A stretch of DNA of 64,000 nucleotides from an uncultured Peptoniphilaceae bacterium. GTDB taxonomy: Bacteria > Bacillota > Clostridia > Tissierellales > Peptoniphilaceae. The stretch is taken from the NCBI GenBank assembly GCA_964510345.1, contig CAZEBB010000007.1, positions 3,161 to 67,160 of the forward strand, written 5' to 3'. The notes under the pieces were generated by a model that saw only the letters and a program-made list of their open reading frames with translations, ran no database searches and was not told the origin of the DNA. The position numbers were made by a program, and so were the translations under genes. The number at the start of each line of letters is the position of its first letter. Position 1 is the stretch's first letter. Of this stretch, positions 26,842 through 36,525 are shown piece by piece.

Positions 26842-28584
26842 ATGTCAAACTACAATTGGGACATTGAAAAAATCTACGCAACAGACGACGAGCGCCTCGC
26901 GGCAAAAGAGTGCATCGAGCAGCTATTACAAGAGGTGTCGGCTTTTTCACCCGGACAACCGGAGCTTCTCTACGAGCTGCTGCACACCCACTCCGAACTC
27001 TCACAGGCGATGCAAACCTACGGCTCTTACGCGCATATGAAGAAGAGCACGGAAGGTAAGGACCCCGCCTCACAATCGCTCGGTTTGGAGGCAGAAGCGC
27101 TCTGGGCGAAGATCGCCGCACAGACTTCCTTTATCCGCCCATTTATCCTCTCCATCCCCGAGGAGACTCTGCAAGAACAGCTGAAAGAAGAGCGAATGGC
27201 GCCATACCGCCTGTCGATCGAGCGCATTCGCCGCTACAAGGCACACACGCTGAGCGCCGCGGAAGAAGAGCTGCTCTCGTCCGTACAGGAAGCCGGACAA
27301 CTTGCGTCCAACACATTCTATATGCTCTCCTATGCGGACATGACGTTCCCGAAGCTTTCGAACGGCGAAGAACTCACACAATCGAGCTATATCTCGTTGC
27401 TCGAATCCAATGACCCGGAGATTCGCAAAGAAGCTTTTGAAACCTACTACGACGTCTACGAGGGACTCAAAAACACGCTGGCGGCGACCTTATACAACAG
27501 CACCGTGGCCGATGTGCGCACCGCTACGCGCAGAAACTTCCCAAGCGCACGCCATGCATCGCTGTTTGAGGATGATGTCGATGTCGCCGTGTATGACGCA
27601 CTGGTCGAAGCCGTCAACAGCCACTTGCCCTCTCTCCATCAGTATTATCGTGTAAAGGGCGCCGCACAAGGCATTTCGCCTCTGCATATGTACGATGTGT
27701 ACGTCCCCTACGGGGCGGAAAGCGCGGAGAAAGTGCCGTACGAAACTGCGCAACAATGGCTCCTGGAGGCGACCGCCGTGCTCGGCGAGGACTATCAGGC
27801 GATCGTACGCGAAGCCTACGAAAAGCGCTGGATCGACGTTTACCCCAAAGACGGAAAACAGTCAGGCGCTTATTCCGGCGGCAGCTACGACACCATGCCC
27901 TATATCCTGCTGAACTATATGGACAATCTCGAGTCCGCCTTTACTCTGGCGCACGAGATGGGTCACTCCGCCCACAGCTACCACTCGATCAAAAACAATA
28001 CGTTTGAAGATCACAGCTACACGATCTTCGCCGCTGAAGTCGCGTCGACGTTCAACGAGCTGCTTCTCCTCGACTATCTCATGAAAAAGGCGACCACCAA
28101 AGAGGAGAAGCTGCCTCTGCTCAATCATCTGCTGAACAGCTTTAAATCGACCGTGTTTCGCCAAACCATGTTCGCCGAATTCGAACTGGAAACCCACCGA
28201 AAGGTGGAAGCCGGCGAGCCGCTCACGGCGGATACACTGCAAAGCCTGTACTTCAGCTTAAACGAGAAGTACTTTGGCGACGCCGTCATCTCCGACCCGC
28301 AGATCGCCTTGGAGTACGCGAGGATCCCGCACTTCTACCGCGCCTTCTATGTGTACAAATACGCCACGGGCTTCCTCTCCTCCCTCATCCTCTCCAAGCG
28401 CGTGCTCGACGGAGTCGAAGGAGCCCGGGAAAGCTATCTCGCTTTCCTAAGCGACGGAGACAAGCACTTCCCGCTCGATCAGTTGAAAGCCGCCGGTGTC
28501 GACCTGACCGATCCGGACGTTTTGAAAGAAGGATTGCAGGTGTTTGCCGATGCGGTGAAGGAGTTTGAAGAACTCACGAAATAG
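26842..28584 (+). CDS. pepF: Oligoendopeptidase F (M3B family)
   Basis: 580 aa with the HEMGH zinc motif and full-length PepF-like sequence. Confidence 0.9.
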   Translation: MSNYNWDIEKIYATDDERLAAKECIEQLLQEVSAFSPGQPELLYELLHTHSELSQAMQTYGSYAHMKKSTEGKDPASQSLGLEAEALWAKIAAQTSFIRPFILSIPEETLQEQLKEERMAPYRLSIERIRRYKAHTLSAAEEELLSSVQEAGQLASNTFYMLSYADMTFPKLSNGEELTQSSYISLLESNDPEIRKEAFETYYDVYEGLKNTLAATLYNSTVADVRTATRRNFPSARHASLFEDDVDVAVYDALVEAVNSHLPSLHQYYRVKGAAQGISPLHMYDVYVPYGAESAEKVPYETAQQWLLEATAVLGEDYQAIVREAYEKRWIDVYPKDGKQSGAYSGGSYDTMPYILLNYMDNLESAFTLAHEMGHSAHSYHSIKNNTFEDHSYTIFAAEVASTFNELLLLDYLMKKATTKEEKLPLLNHLLNSFKSTVFRQTMFAEFELETHRKVEAGEPLTADTLQSLYFSLNEKYFGDAVISDPQIALEYARIPHFYRAFYVYKYATGFLSSLILSKRVLDGVEGARESYLAFLSDGDKHFPLDQLKAAGVDLTDPDVLKEGLQVFADAVKEFEELTK

Positions 28585-30335
28585 AGAAGGGGCTGACCCA
28601 AAACGAAAAAACCACGAAGGACCGATAAAAATCGGGAAACCCTTCGTGGTTTTTTGATGAAAAGAAAAACCCAAATCCGTCTTTCTTTGTCTTTTTATCT
28701 ACTTCCAGAAGATGAATCATCCAATTCTTGAGGTTATGTGCCATGGCATACAAGCCAAACTCTACATTCACCTTCTCTTTCCCACGCAAAACAAACCTCG
28801 TACACCCCAGGTTCTTCTTCAGGTCCCCGAAGACACTTTCCGGTTCAATTTTCCGTTTCGCGTAGAGTTTTCGGTATTCTTCGTTTTCCAGGAGGTCGTA
28901 CCTGACTCTCGCCTTACACTCTTCATACACCGGATTGTAGTGGATCCTCCGGTTCCCTTTCGCTCGGGTACATTGTTCTTTGATGGGACACCCTGCAATC
29001 TTCACACTCGTAGATTTTCAGGTCTCTCGTGTATCCATAGGTATCTTTCTTTTTGGCGTAGTGACTAAATTCGACAAAGCGACCCTGCGGACATACAAAG
29101 TAGTCCTCCAGCGGATGGTACTCCCAGTTTTGCCAGTACCGGAGGTTCGTTTGGTAGCGTTTGGTTGGTTCTTTGCGAAAGGTGTTGTAGGGAATGAGGG
29201 CGTGGATTTTCTCGTCATCCAGAAACAGATAGTTTTCTTCGCTGGCGTATCCCGCGTCCGCGATGAGGTGTTTGGGTGCAGGCAGTGCCGTTTTGGCATG
29301 TGCCAAAAGATGGTCCTTAAGGGTTCGGGTGTCGGTGGGATTGGGATGGAGTGTATAGAAGAGGATATATTGGTTATTGGTTCCCATCTGCACGTTGTAG
29401 CCGGCTTTGAGCTGTCCGTTTCGCATATGGTCTTCTTTCATGCGCATAAAGGTGGCATCCGGGTCTTTTTTGGAGAAGCTGTTTCTTCCTTGGGCGATGC
29501 GGTGATGCGCTTCGTATTTTCTCATGCGGGGAAGAAAGTCGTCCTGAAAGAGTTTTTTGAGTTTTCTCACTTTTTGCTGCCTTCGTCGCGGGAGTTCTTT
29601 TTGTTGATATTCGGTTTCGACCCTCTCGATTTGGTCGGTGATGGATTGTAGATGTTCCGCGGTGAGAAGGGATGGTTCTTTCTTGTTCTTTGGCGATTCC
29701 TCCATTGACGTAAGGATCTTCTCCGCCATGGCACTCAGGTCGGTCATACTATCCAATAGAGGTTCTGCCTCGTTTTCTTCCTCGGCAAGAAGGACGGCTT
29801 CTTCTAAAAAAGCATGGATTTTTTCACTCAGTTTTGTCTGGTAGTTTTTGGTGGCTTTGATCCAGACAAAACTGTATTTATTGGCATTCGCTTCGATTTT
29901 TGTTCCGTCCAGATAATAGGTAGAGGGGTCTGTCAGTTCCTGTTCGACCAGTTGGGTGATTAGCGCTTGAAAGACGGTTCCGATGGTGTCTTTCATCTTC
30001 TCGGAACGGAAACGGTTGATAGTGCGAAAGTCCGGTTCAGAGTGCCCGGACAGCCAGATCATGGGAAGGTTCTCCTGACACATTTTCGCGATGCGACGAC
30101 CGGAGGTGACTTGCTGGGTATAGGCGTAGAGGATAATTTTGAGCATCATCCGGGGATGGTAACTGCTTCTTCCGCCACCGGGATACTGGGAAAGAAGTTC
30201 TTCCAGATCCATCTTTTCCACCACATGATGGATGAGGCGTACGATGTGATTGGCGGGAATCCATTCCCCCACATCCATAGGCAAATGCAGCTGGTCCATG
30301 TTATAATGCAAGAAGGTAACCGAAGGGTTATTCAA
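28574..30335 (-). pseudogene. IS1182-family DDE transposase, split by a frameshift (470-aa ORF plus 143-aa ORF)
   Basis: The N-terminal InsH-like region (YHPRMMLKIILYAYTQ...FRTINRFR) and the DDE core lie in 28923-30335. The C-terminal CPIKEQCTRAKGNRRIHYNP segment lies in another frame (28574-29005). The junction ...YECEDC/AGCPIKEQC is at the run tgcagggtgtccc (~28988-29000). Confidence 0.7.
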
Positions 30336-30483
30336 AAGAATCTTCTCCTTTCTATGTTGGGTTGTGGTAACTTAATTATAGCATAGGAGAAGATTTTTTT
30401 GTAGAGAAAAAGCCTGCAATTACGCTGATTTTTCAACGTTTTGCAGGCTTTTTACTTGGGGACTTTTGGGTCAGCCCCCTTCT
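28585..30483 (-). mobile_element. IS1182-like insertion sequence (~1.9 kb)
   Basis: Terminal inverted repeats agaaggggctgacccaaaa (28585-28603) and ttttgggtcagcccccttct (30464-30483) match at 19 of 20 positions with one G indel. Subterminal hairpins lie at both ends (28609-28655 and 30408-30452). The element encloses the transposase ORFs. Confidence 0.75.
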
Positions 30484-30484
30484 T

Positions 30485-33400
30485 TTATTTCAATAAAGTC
30501 TTAATCTCTGTGATGATGGACGCCGGCAGGGTTCTTTCTCCGCCGATGACGATCACATTCTCGACTTGGAGCTCTTGCAGATAATCGGCAAGTTCACGCG
30601 ATAATCCGGATGGATTCACGAGAATCAATGGTGCGTCGACCTTCGGTAAGATGGCGCCTGCGGTCAGTGAATCGATCGCGATGGTACCGGACGCTAAGAC
30701 GACGGTCTTTGCATTCGGATACCCTTCTTTGGCGAGGAGCAGCGATGTCTCGTAACGATTGTCGCCTGCGATGCGCTTCGTAGTAACGCCTAGGGATTCG
30801 GCGACCTCTTCGCTCACGGAGTTCACGCCGCCGATGATGGTCACATGGGTTATGCCTCTGTCTTTTATCCACTGTGCGGTTTCTTCGGGCAACGCGTTCG
30901 GTCGCGTCAGAAGAATCGGCTTTTTGCTCGTCGTCGAAAGGTTGGATGCGGCGAGCGCGTCCGGGAAGTTCGTTCCATCGACCAGATATATCTCAGTTCC
31001 TCCGGTTTGATCCAAAATCATGTCCGCTAATCGAGCGGCCGTTGCAAATCGGTTCTCTCCGCTGACGCGTTCGACGTCCAGACCTTTGGCATTCAGCTGC
31101 TCAATCACGGCATCGGATACGACGTTTTCGCCACCGACGATCACAACTTTTTTCGCCCCGAGTCGCGCGATCTCTGCGAGTGTCGCTTCGTCCACTTCTC
31201 CTGTCTCTGTGAGGAGAATCGGGCTATTGAGCTGTTTCGCAAGAGACGACGACACCAGCGCATCGGCTTCTACGCGCGCGCTGACGAGGATCACCTGATC
31301 GGCGCTCGTAAAGTAGCGCTTGCTGATGGCATTGGCCGTATCGATGCGGTTGTCGCCCGCGACTCGCACCGGCTCTACGACAGGTTTTTCAGGCTCTTGA
31401 ACCACCGGAGGTTGCTCGGTATCATCACTCGGATCATCGACCGGCGGGACGACAATCGGCTCGTCTCGTAAGATGATCTCTTGGTTTTTATTTGACTCAA
31501 AGGCCTCATGGTCCGGATTGTACGTGTAGAGTTTGACCGTATGCTGTTCTTTGTTGGCATCTAAGTTATCGGCAAATGCATTAGGCGCCAGCGTTTTCAA
31601 GCTCTTTGGCAATGTCGTTTCACTGAGCAGCCCGCTCTTGAAGGCGTTGGAACCGATCGTTTCGATTCCTTCTCCCAAGGTGAGCTTGGTCATATAGCGG
31701 AACTTCACATTGTGTTCAAATGCGTTGGGTCCGATGTTTTTCACGGTGCCCGGGATTGTCAGGTGTTCGATCCTGTGAGTCGAGAACGCGCGGCGTTCAA
31801 TATTTTCAACCGTGCTCGACAGACTGAGCGACTTGAGCGGTGCGCCTTGGAACGCCGACGAGCCGATGGTCTTCACCCCTCTCGGAATGACGACGGACGC
31901 GAGCTTCGTATTTCTCGAGAATGCGCCACCCGGAATCTCGGTAAGTCCTTTGGAGATCGTAAGGCTTTCCAGTTGGTTCAGCGAGAAGACGCCCTCGCCC
32001 ATTTCCGTTACGCTGTCCGGGATTCGCAGCGATTGGATCTGGTTCCCATTAAATGCCGATGGTCCGATATATTGTAGTGTTCTCGGCATATTGACGCCGG
32101 AGATCGCGTTTAGGCGAAATGCGCGCGCCTCGATTCGTTCAAGCGACTTCGGCAAGACGACCGAGGTCAGTCCGTCCGGTGAAGTGACCGAATCGGTGCC
32201 ATATAGTACGTCTGAATCTTTGATCGCAAACGCATCGGGACCGATGGCGGTGATCGCTTCACCGCTTGGGTTATTGTTCGGCAAGACGAGGTCTTTATTG
32301 ATGCGAAATTTTTCGCGACCGGTCGGGCTGTACCCGGTGATCGTCGTTCCGTCATACGTGAAGTCAGACGACGTCCACTTCGCAGCGTCACTGATTTGGA
32401 GTGCATCGATCGCCGCTTGCAATTTTTGTTGGGCTTGGTCGACCTGTTCTTGTGTCAAGCTCGTGTCAGAAAGGGCCGAATTGGCTTCTGCGATGGCATC
32501 GGCCAGCGCCGCCATGGAATCTTCGGTGAACAGTTTGGGATTCTTCTGTTCAGCCTCTGCGATTGTCGCGGCGAGCGCCTTTTTGTTGACATCCACCGGC
32601 GCTAACGCTGCGATAGCCTTCTTGAGTGCTTTTTCTCTTTGATCGATCGTCGCTTGCGATGCAGCCGGGTCTTCAAACGCCTCTTTGGCGGCCGCTAAGA
32701 CGGTTTGCATTGCCAAATAGCTTTCCGGTGTATACTCGTCTTCCGCCATCTTCTGCGCGATATTGATCTGCTCAAATAAGTCTTGGCGATCCACCGCTTC
32801 TTCCGGCAGAATCAGCTTTTGGTAGCGGCTGTTGTAAATATAGGTGCTCGTGTGCAAGTGCAGCGGGTTTCTTGTGTGCAAATGCACGACGCCGTAGTTC
32901 ACGTCATCCGGCAGCGCATCGGCCGCCGTAATCGGCTCCATACCGGTATTGTTCGCAAATACATACTCTCTGATCTTAAACAAACTGTACGGAAGGTCGA
33001 CTTCCGTGAGCTTATTGTGAGCAAAACTGAAGTTGTCAATTTGAATATTGCGCACATCGTCGGAGATCTCTAGCGTTTTGATCTCGTTCTTTTGGAACGC
33101 GGAGTTCCCGATGATCAGCATCGATGACGGGATCGACACCGCTTCAATTTGGTTGCTGAAAAACGCCTCGGTATCGATAATCTTGACGCCAACGGGAAGG
33201 TCGATCGCCTTGAGCGCATTATGAGAGAACGCACCCGCGCCGATGACGAATTCCGTCTGTCCCTGAATATCGGGCAGCGTCACTTCGGTGAGTCCGAGAT
33301 TGGAGAACGCATTTCTCCCAATCCCCTGAATCGGCTTTTCAACGGTTTCTCCGTCGACGATTTCCGTGCCCGTATTCGGGAGGACGAGCGCTAACCTGCT

Positions 33401-34552
33401 GTCTAATTTCTCTTTTCCTGCATCGGTAAGACCGGTGACCGCAAAGTATTCCCGTGCCGCCACCCGCTTGTCTTCCACCCTACCATAGGTGAAGTCTGCC
33501 GCCGTCCATACCGACGACTCGTCTTGCACAAAGCGAACGCCGACTTTTGGTACTAAGAGCGGGAGTCGTGCATCGACGACAGCCTTTTCGACCACGCTGT
33601 ACACTGTTGTATCGACCTCAAAAGCCGATTCCGGGATCTCTCGGAAAGCTCCGGTGAGCTCCACCTCCGAACCGGCCGATGTGTCGATGTCTTCCGGGAT
33701 GATCCAATCGACCGGCGTGCGGACAAACAGGTCCGTCATCCCGCTAGCATCGCTTTTATTGACGGCGGCAAACCCCGACTCCAGCGGGAAAGCACCGTTG
33801 ATCGCCGCTTGGATTTCTTGCGGGGTCGATCCGGCGGCGACTTCTACCGTTCCTCCGACGATATACTTGGGTTCGGTATTTTCCGCACCTAAGATCGTGT
33901 ACATTGCGAGGATGGATCTGCCCAACGGTACATGCCACGTATCGAAGGTTCCTTCGAGGACAACATCGTGGAAGATGACAGGTGCTGCGCCTTCACCCGC
34001 CGTGACGGGGAGCTCCGTTAACGCCGTCGCATTTAAGAATGCGCCGCGGCCGACATCTTGCACGCCGTCGGGGATCGTCGCCGTGGTGAGTGACTCCACC
34101 GCTTCAAACGCGCGAAAGCCGATGCGCTCCAAGGAGTCGGGAAACTCTACACTCGTAAGCACCTTGTTGTTGGAAAACGCGCGGGGTCCGATATCCGTCA
34201 GCCCTTCCGGGAAGACGAGTTCCGCAATGGCGTTCTGAAAAAACGCCAGTTGCCCGATCGTCTTTAAACCGGACGGAAACACCACTTTCTCCAGATTCTT
34301 TCGACCGAATACGCCTTGTCGTATGTGTTCGACCGCCACTCCGTCGATCGTTTCCGGGATCACCAGCGTACCCCCCGCTCCTGTGTATCTTGTGATCGTG
34401 CCCGTCTCCGGATCGAACCGAAAGTCCGTCTCCGGATTCGCGACGAGCTCCTCCGCAGCTGCCATCTCCGGCGCTGCATATGCATTCACCGGCGCTAGCG
34501 TCAGCAGCATCGCAAGCAGCAATAGCCAAGCGATTTTTCTCTTGTGATTCAC
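30485..34552 (-). CDS. Cell-surface protein: signal peptide, BspA-type leucine-rich repeats, two FIVAR-like helical domains, more LRRs, three CWB2 wall-binding repeats
   Basis: 1355 aa. The signal peptide ends NAYA. There are many ~23-aa LRR_5-type repeats (..IGxxAFxxCxxLxxVxIP..). FIVAR-like segments include EDEYTPESYLAMQTVLAAAKEAF and FTEDSMAALADAIAEANSAL. The C-terminus is 3x CWB2. Confidence 0.8.
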   Translation of the reverse strand: MNHKRKIAWLLLLAMLLTLAPVNAYAAPEMAAAEELVANPETDFRFDPETGTITRYTGAGGTLVIPETIDGVAVEHIRQGVFGRKNLEKVVFPSGLKTIGQLAFFQNAIAELVFPEGLTDIGPRAFSNNKVLTSVEFPDSLERIGFRAFEAVESLTTATIPDGVQDVGRGAFLNATALTELPVTAGEGAAPVIFHDVVLEGTFDTWHVPLGRSILAMYTILGAENTEPKYIVGGTVEVAAGSTPQEIQAAINGAFPLESGFAAVNKSDASGMTDLFVRTPVDWIIPEDIDTSAGSEVELTGAFREIPESAFEVDTTVYSVVEKAVVDARLPLLVPKVGVRFVQDESSVWTAADFTYGRVEDKRVAAREYFAVTGLTDAGKEKLDSRLALVLPNTGTEIVDGETVEKPIQGIGRNAFSNLGLTEVTLPDIQGQTEFVIGAGAFSHNALKAIDLPVGVKIIDTEAFFSNQIEAVSIPSSMLIIGNSAFQKNEIKTLEISDDVRNIQIDNFSFAHNKLTEVDLPYSLFKIREYVFANNTGMEPITAADALPDDVNYGVVHLHTRNPLHLHTSTYIYNSRYQKLILPEEAVDRQDLFEQINIAQKMAEDEYTPESYLAMQTVLAAAKEAFEDPAASQATIDQREKALKKAIAALAPVDVNKKALAATIAEAEQKNPKLFTEDSMAALADAIAEANSALSDTSLTQEQVDQAQQKLQAAIDALQISDAAKWTSSDFTYDGTTITGYSPTGREKFRINKDLVLPNNNPSGEAITAIGPDAFAIKDSDVLYGTDSVTSPDGLTSVVLPKSLERIEARAFRLNAISGVNMPRTLQYIGPSAFNGNQIQSLRIPDSVTEMGEGVFSLNQLESLTISKGLTEIPGGAFSRNTKLASVVIPRGVKTIGSSAFQGAPLKSLSLSSTVENIERRAFSTHRIEHLTIPGTVKNIGPNAFEHNVKFRYMTKLTLGEGIETIGSNAFKSGLLSETTLPKSLKTLAPNAFADNLDANKEQHTVKLYTYNPDHEAFESNKNQEIILRDEPIVVPPVDDPSDDTEQPPVVQEPEKPVVEPVRVAGDNRIDTANAISKRYFTSADQVILVSARVEADALVSSSLAKQLNSPILLTETGEVDEATLAEIARLGAKKVVIVGGENVVSDAVIEQLNAKGLDVERVSGENRFATAARLADMILDQTGGTEIYLVDGTNFPDALAASNLSTTSKKPILLTRPNALPEETAQWIKDRGITHVTIIGGVNSVSEEVAESLGVTTKRIAGDNRYETSLLLAKEGYPNAKTVVLASGTIAIDSLTAGAILPKVDAPLILVNPSGLSRELADYLQELQVENVIVIGGERTLPASIITEIKTLLK
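30488..31366 (-). repeat. Three tandem cell-wall-binding repeat 2 (CWB2) modules (99, 98 and 96 aa)
   Basis: The modules start at RVAGDNRIDTA, RVSGENRFATA and RIAGDNRYETS. Each has the ...DALxAxxL...PILL...VxIIGG pattern known from clostridial Cwp proteins. Confidence 0.8.
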
Positions 34553-34663
34553 GTAATCATTCCTTTCAAAAATAATATTGATACAGAATCACCCTAGCAC
34601 GAACTGTCAATTTTCGTCAATAAATTTACGATTCGATTTATTTATATGATAATAAGAAAGGCT

Positions 34664-34694
34664 AATAAAAACCCCTGTGGATTTCCCACAGAGG
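34664..34694 (-). terminator. Rho-independent terminator of the barnase-barstar pair
   Basis: Minus-strand CCTCTGTGG-GAAAT-CCACAGGGG is followed by TTTTTATT. Confidence 0.7.
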
Positions 34695-34702
34695 TTATAG
34701 GA

Positions 34703-34966
34703 TTAGGACAAGTGATGGATGGTCAATTTCAGGTTGGCTTCTGCTGCGTCTTGCAAGGTCTCTAAGATCCGCTGCGCGTAGTCGCTGAGCTCTCCTCTCT
34801 CCTGCATGAGATAGATCGTCGTGTCTCGCCCAAAGCTCGTGAGCACATCATACAGCGCATCCAAATTGCGACCGTAGTATTCCTGTGTGGCGAGGCGCTT
34901 TTGCAGATACTCGTGTGCAGAATCTTTCTCCTGCAAGCGCTGCACATTGATGAAAATCCGTTTCAT
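34703..34966 (-). CDS. Barstar-family ribonuclease inhibitor
   Basis: 87 aa with the YYGRNLDALYDVLT motif (barstar has YYGENLDALWDCLT). The start lies 2 nt after the barnase stop. Confidence 0.85.
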   Translation of the reverse strand: MKRIFINVQRLQEKDSAHEYLQKRLATQEYYGRNLDALYDVLTSFGRDTTIYLMQERGELSDYAQRILETLQDAAEANLKLTIHHLS

Positions 34967-34968
34967 AT

Positions 34969-35505
34969 CTATTCCTCCGGCGTCCAGTCTTCAAAACTGT
35001 CGTAGTGGTCTTGCGTGTAAAAAATAAGCCCGTCGTTCGAGAATACCAGCCGATCGGCTCCGCGTCGTCCGCCGTTGTAGTTGACGTCGGCTTCATAGTA
35101 TTTGCGGCCTTTCGCTTTCGGCAACAGCCCTTCACGGTTTCCAAAGGTATCGCCTCCGATGACGCCCTTGTCGGTCACATCCCACAGGTTTCCGTCTTCG
35201 GCGATCCACCCTAGGTCTCTCGCTTCCGACTTTGTCAGGTAATTCGGCGGCAGATGCCCGAATTCGATCAGATAATCGGCCACGTCGTTCGCTTCGTAGT
35301 AGGCTTGATTTTCTTCCAGCGGGGGAAGTAGCTCGGCATCATCCTCCGCGCTTTGGGTTTCTTCGGTTTGCGGCAAAACCGCGCGTTCTGTCGCCTCTGA
35401 TTCACTCAGGGCGGGTTCTTGTACCTCCGGCGGTGCAATCGCCTCTGCGCTGCAACCCGCGATGAGTAACAACGATAAGAAGACGATGAGTAATATACGT
35501 TTCAT
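34969..35505 (-). CDS. Barnase-family extracellular ribonuclease with a lipoprotein signal and an acidic linker
   Basis: The start was set at MKRILLIVFLSLLLIAGC (ATG 35503-35505). The C-terminal domain NDVADYLIEFGHLPPNYLTKSEARDLGW...GGDTFGNREGLLP...YYEADVNY...RLVFSNDGLIFYTQDHYDSF aligns with barnase along its length. Confidence 0.9.
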   Translation of the reverse strand: MKRILLIVFLSLLLIAGCSAEAIAPPEVQEPALSESEATERAVLPQTEETQSAEDDAELLPPLEENQAYYEANDVADYLIEFGHLPPNYLTKSEARDLGWIAEDGNLWDVTDKGVIGGDTFGNREGLLPKAKGRKYYEADVNYNGGRRGADRLVFSNDGLIFYTQDHYDSFEDWTPEE

Positions 35506-35598
35506 GGGTTCACATCCTTCTTTTCGATCATAAACTTTCTTTCTGCGTTTGTCGAGCATTAGGGTATAATACAACTGGAATACTAAAGGAGGTACCTC

Positions 35599-36525
35599 AT
35601 GCGCTATGCGATCGTAGATATCGGCTCCAATACCGTTCGAATGAATGTGTACGACGTCGGCAAAAATAAAATCACGCAATTATTCAGTAAAAAGACCGTG
35701 GCCGGCCTTTCTTCTTATTTGCAGGATGGCCATCTCACGCAGAAGGGGATCAATAAAGCGTCCAAAATTCTCTCATCCTATCGTTACATTGCCGAACTCC
35801 TCGGCGCAGAGAAATTCTTGCCCTTTGCCACCGCGTCGCTTCGCAATATCGGCAATGCAGATGAAGCGGTCAACGCGATCAACAAAAACGCCAAAGTCAC
35901 GATCGACCTAATCCAAGGGCGCGATGAAGCTCTCTACGGTTTCCGCGGACTCACACTCGGCACCAAAGTAAATTCAGGCGTAATGTTTGACATCGGCGGC
36001 GGCTCGACCGAGGTCATCCACATTCAAGACGGCACTGTACAGCGAGCGGAGAGCATCCCGTTGGGGAGTTTAAATACCTTTACCACAATGATGAAAGACC
36101 TTACGCCCAGCACGGAAGAAGCGGATGCCATCAAGGCTGCCTTCAACCAATATCTGGATGATGTGGGTATCTCTAAGGACCGCGAGTTCCCCGTCATCTA
36201 CGGGATCGGAGGAACCGCGCGCGCCTGCGGAAATGTCTGCCAGGAGTATTTCGGCCTCGCCAACCACCGCGAATTCCGATACGAAGCGCTGCGTGCATTG
36301 GTCGATGCGCTGGAAACCGGCGACCGACGCGCTCTTCGCATCGTGTTACAAGTCGCACCGGAGCGCGTCCACACGCTCACCCCGGGGATGCTGATCATCG
36401 AAGCGCTATGCGAGCGATTTTCCGCCGGCGTGATCTCCGTCGGGAAAAACGGCGTACGCGAAGGGTATATCGTCGAACACTTGCTCAAAGAAGGAGTGGT
36501 GAATCATGACTGCACCGTCGGCTAA
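35599..36525 (+). CDS. ppx: Ppx/GppA-family phosphatase (exopolyphosphatase)
   Basis: 308 aa with an ASKHA-fold N-terminus (YAIVDIGSNTVRMNVY). It overlaps ppk by 20 nt. Confidence 0.85.
   Translation: MRYAIVDIGSNTVRMNVYDVGKNKITQLFSKKTVAGLSSYLQDGHLTQKGINKASKILSSYRYIAELLGAEKFLPFATASLRNIGNADEAVNAINKNAKVTIDLIQGRDEALYGFRGLTLGTKVNSGVMFDIGGGSTEVIHIQDGTVQRAESIPLGSLNTFTTMMKDLTPSTEEADAIKAAFNQYLDDVGISKDREFPVIYGIGGTARACGNVCQEYFGLANHREFRYEALRALVDALETGDRRALRIVLQVAPERVHTLTPGMLIIEALCERFSAGVISVGKNGVREGYIVEHLLKEGVVNHDCTVG

Noticed and set aside
34633-34645. A third occurrence of TCGATTTATTTA, identical to the -10-like block of the putative ECF promoter, on the plus strand between the LRR gene and barstar.
   Set aside because: No ATGTCA-like block lies 17 nt upstream (TGTCA is 23 nt away). 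The plus strand here points antisense into barstar/barnase with no ORF to serve. It is probably a chance match in AT-rich spacer DNA.
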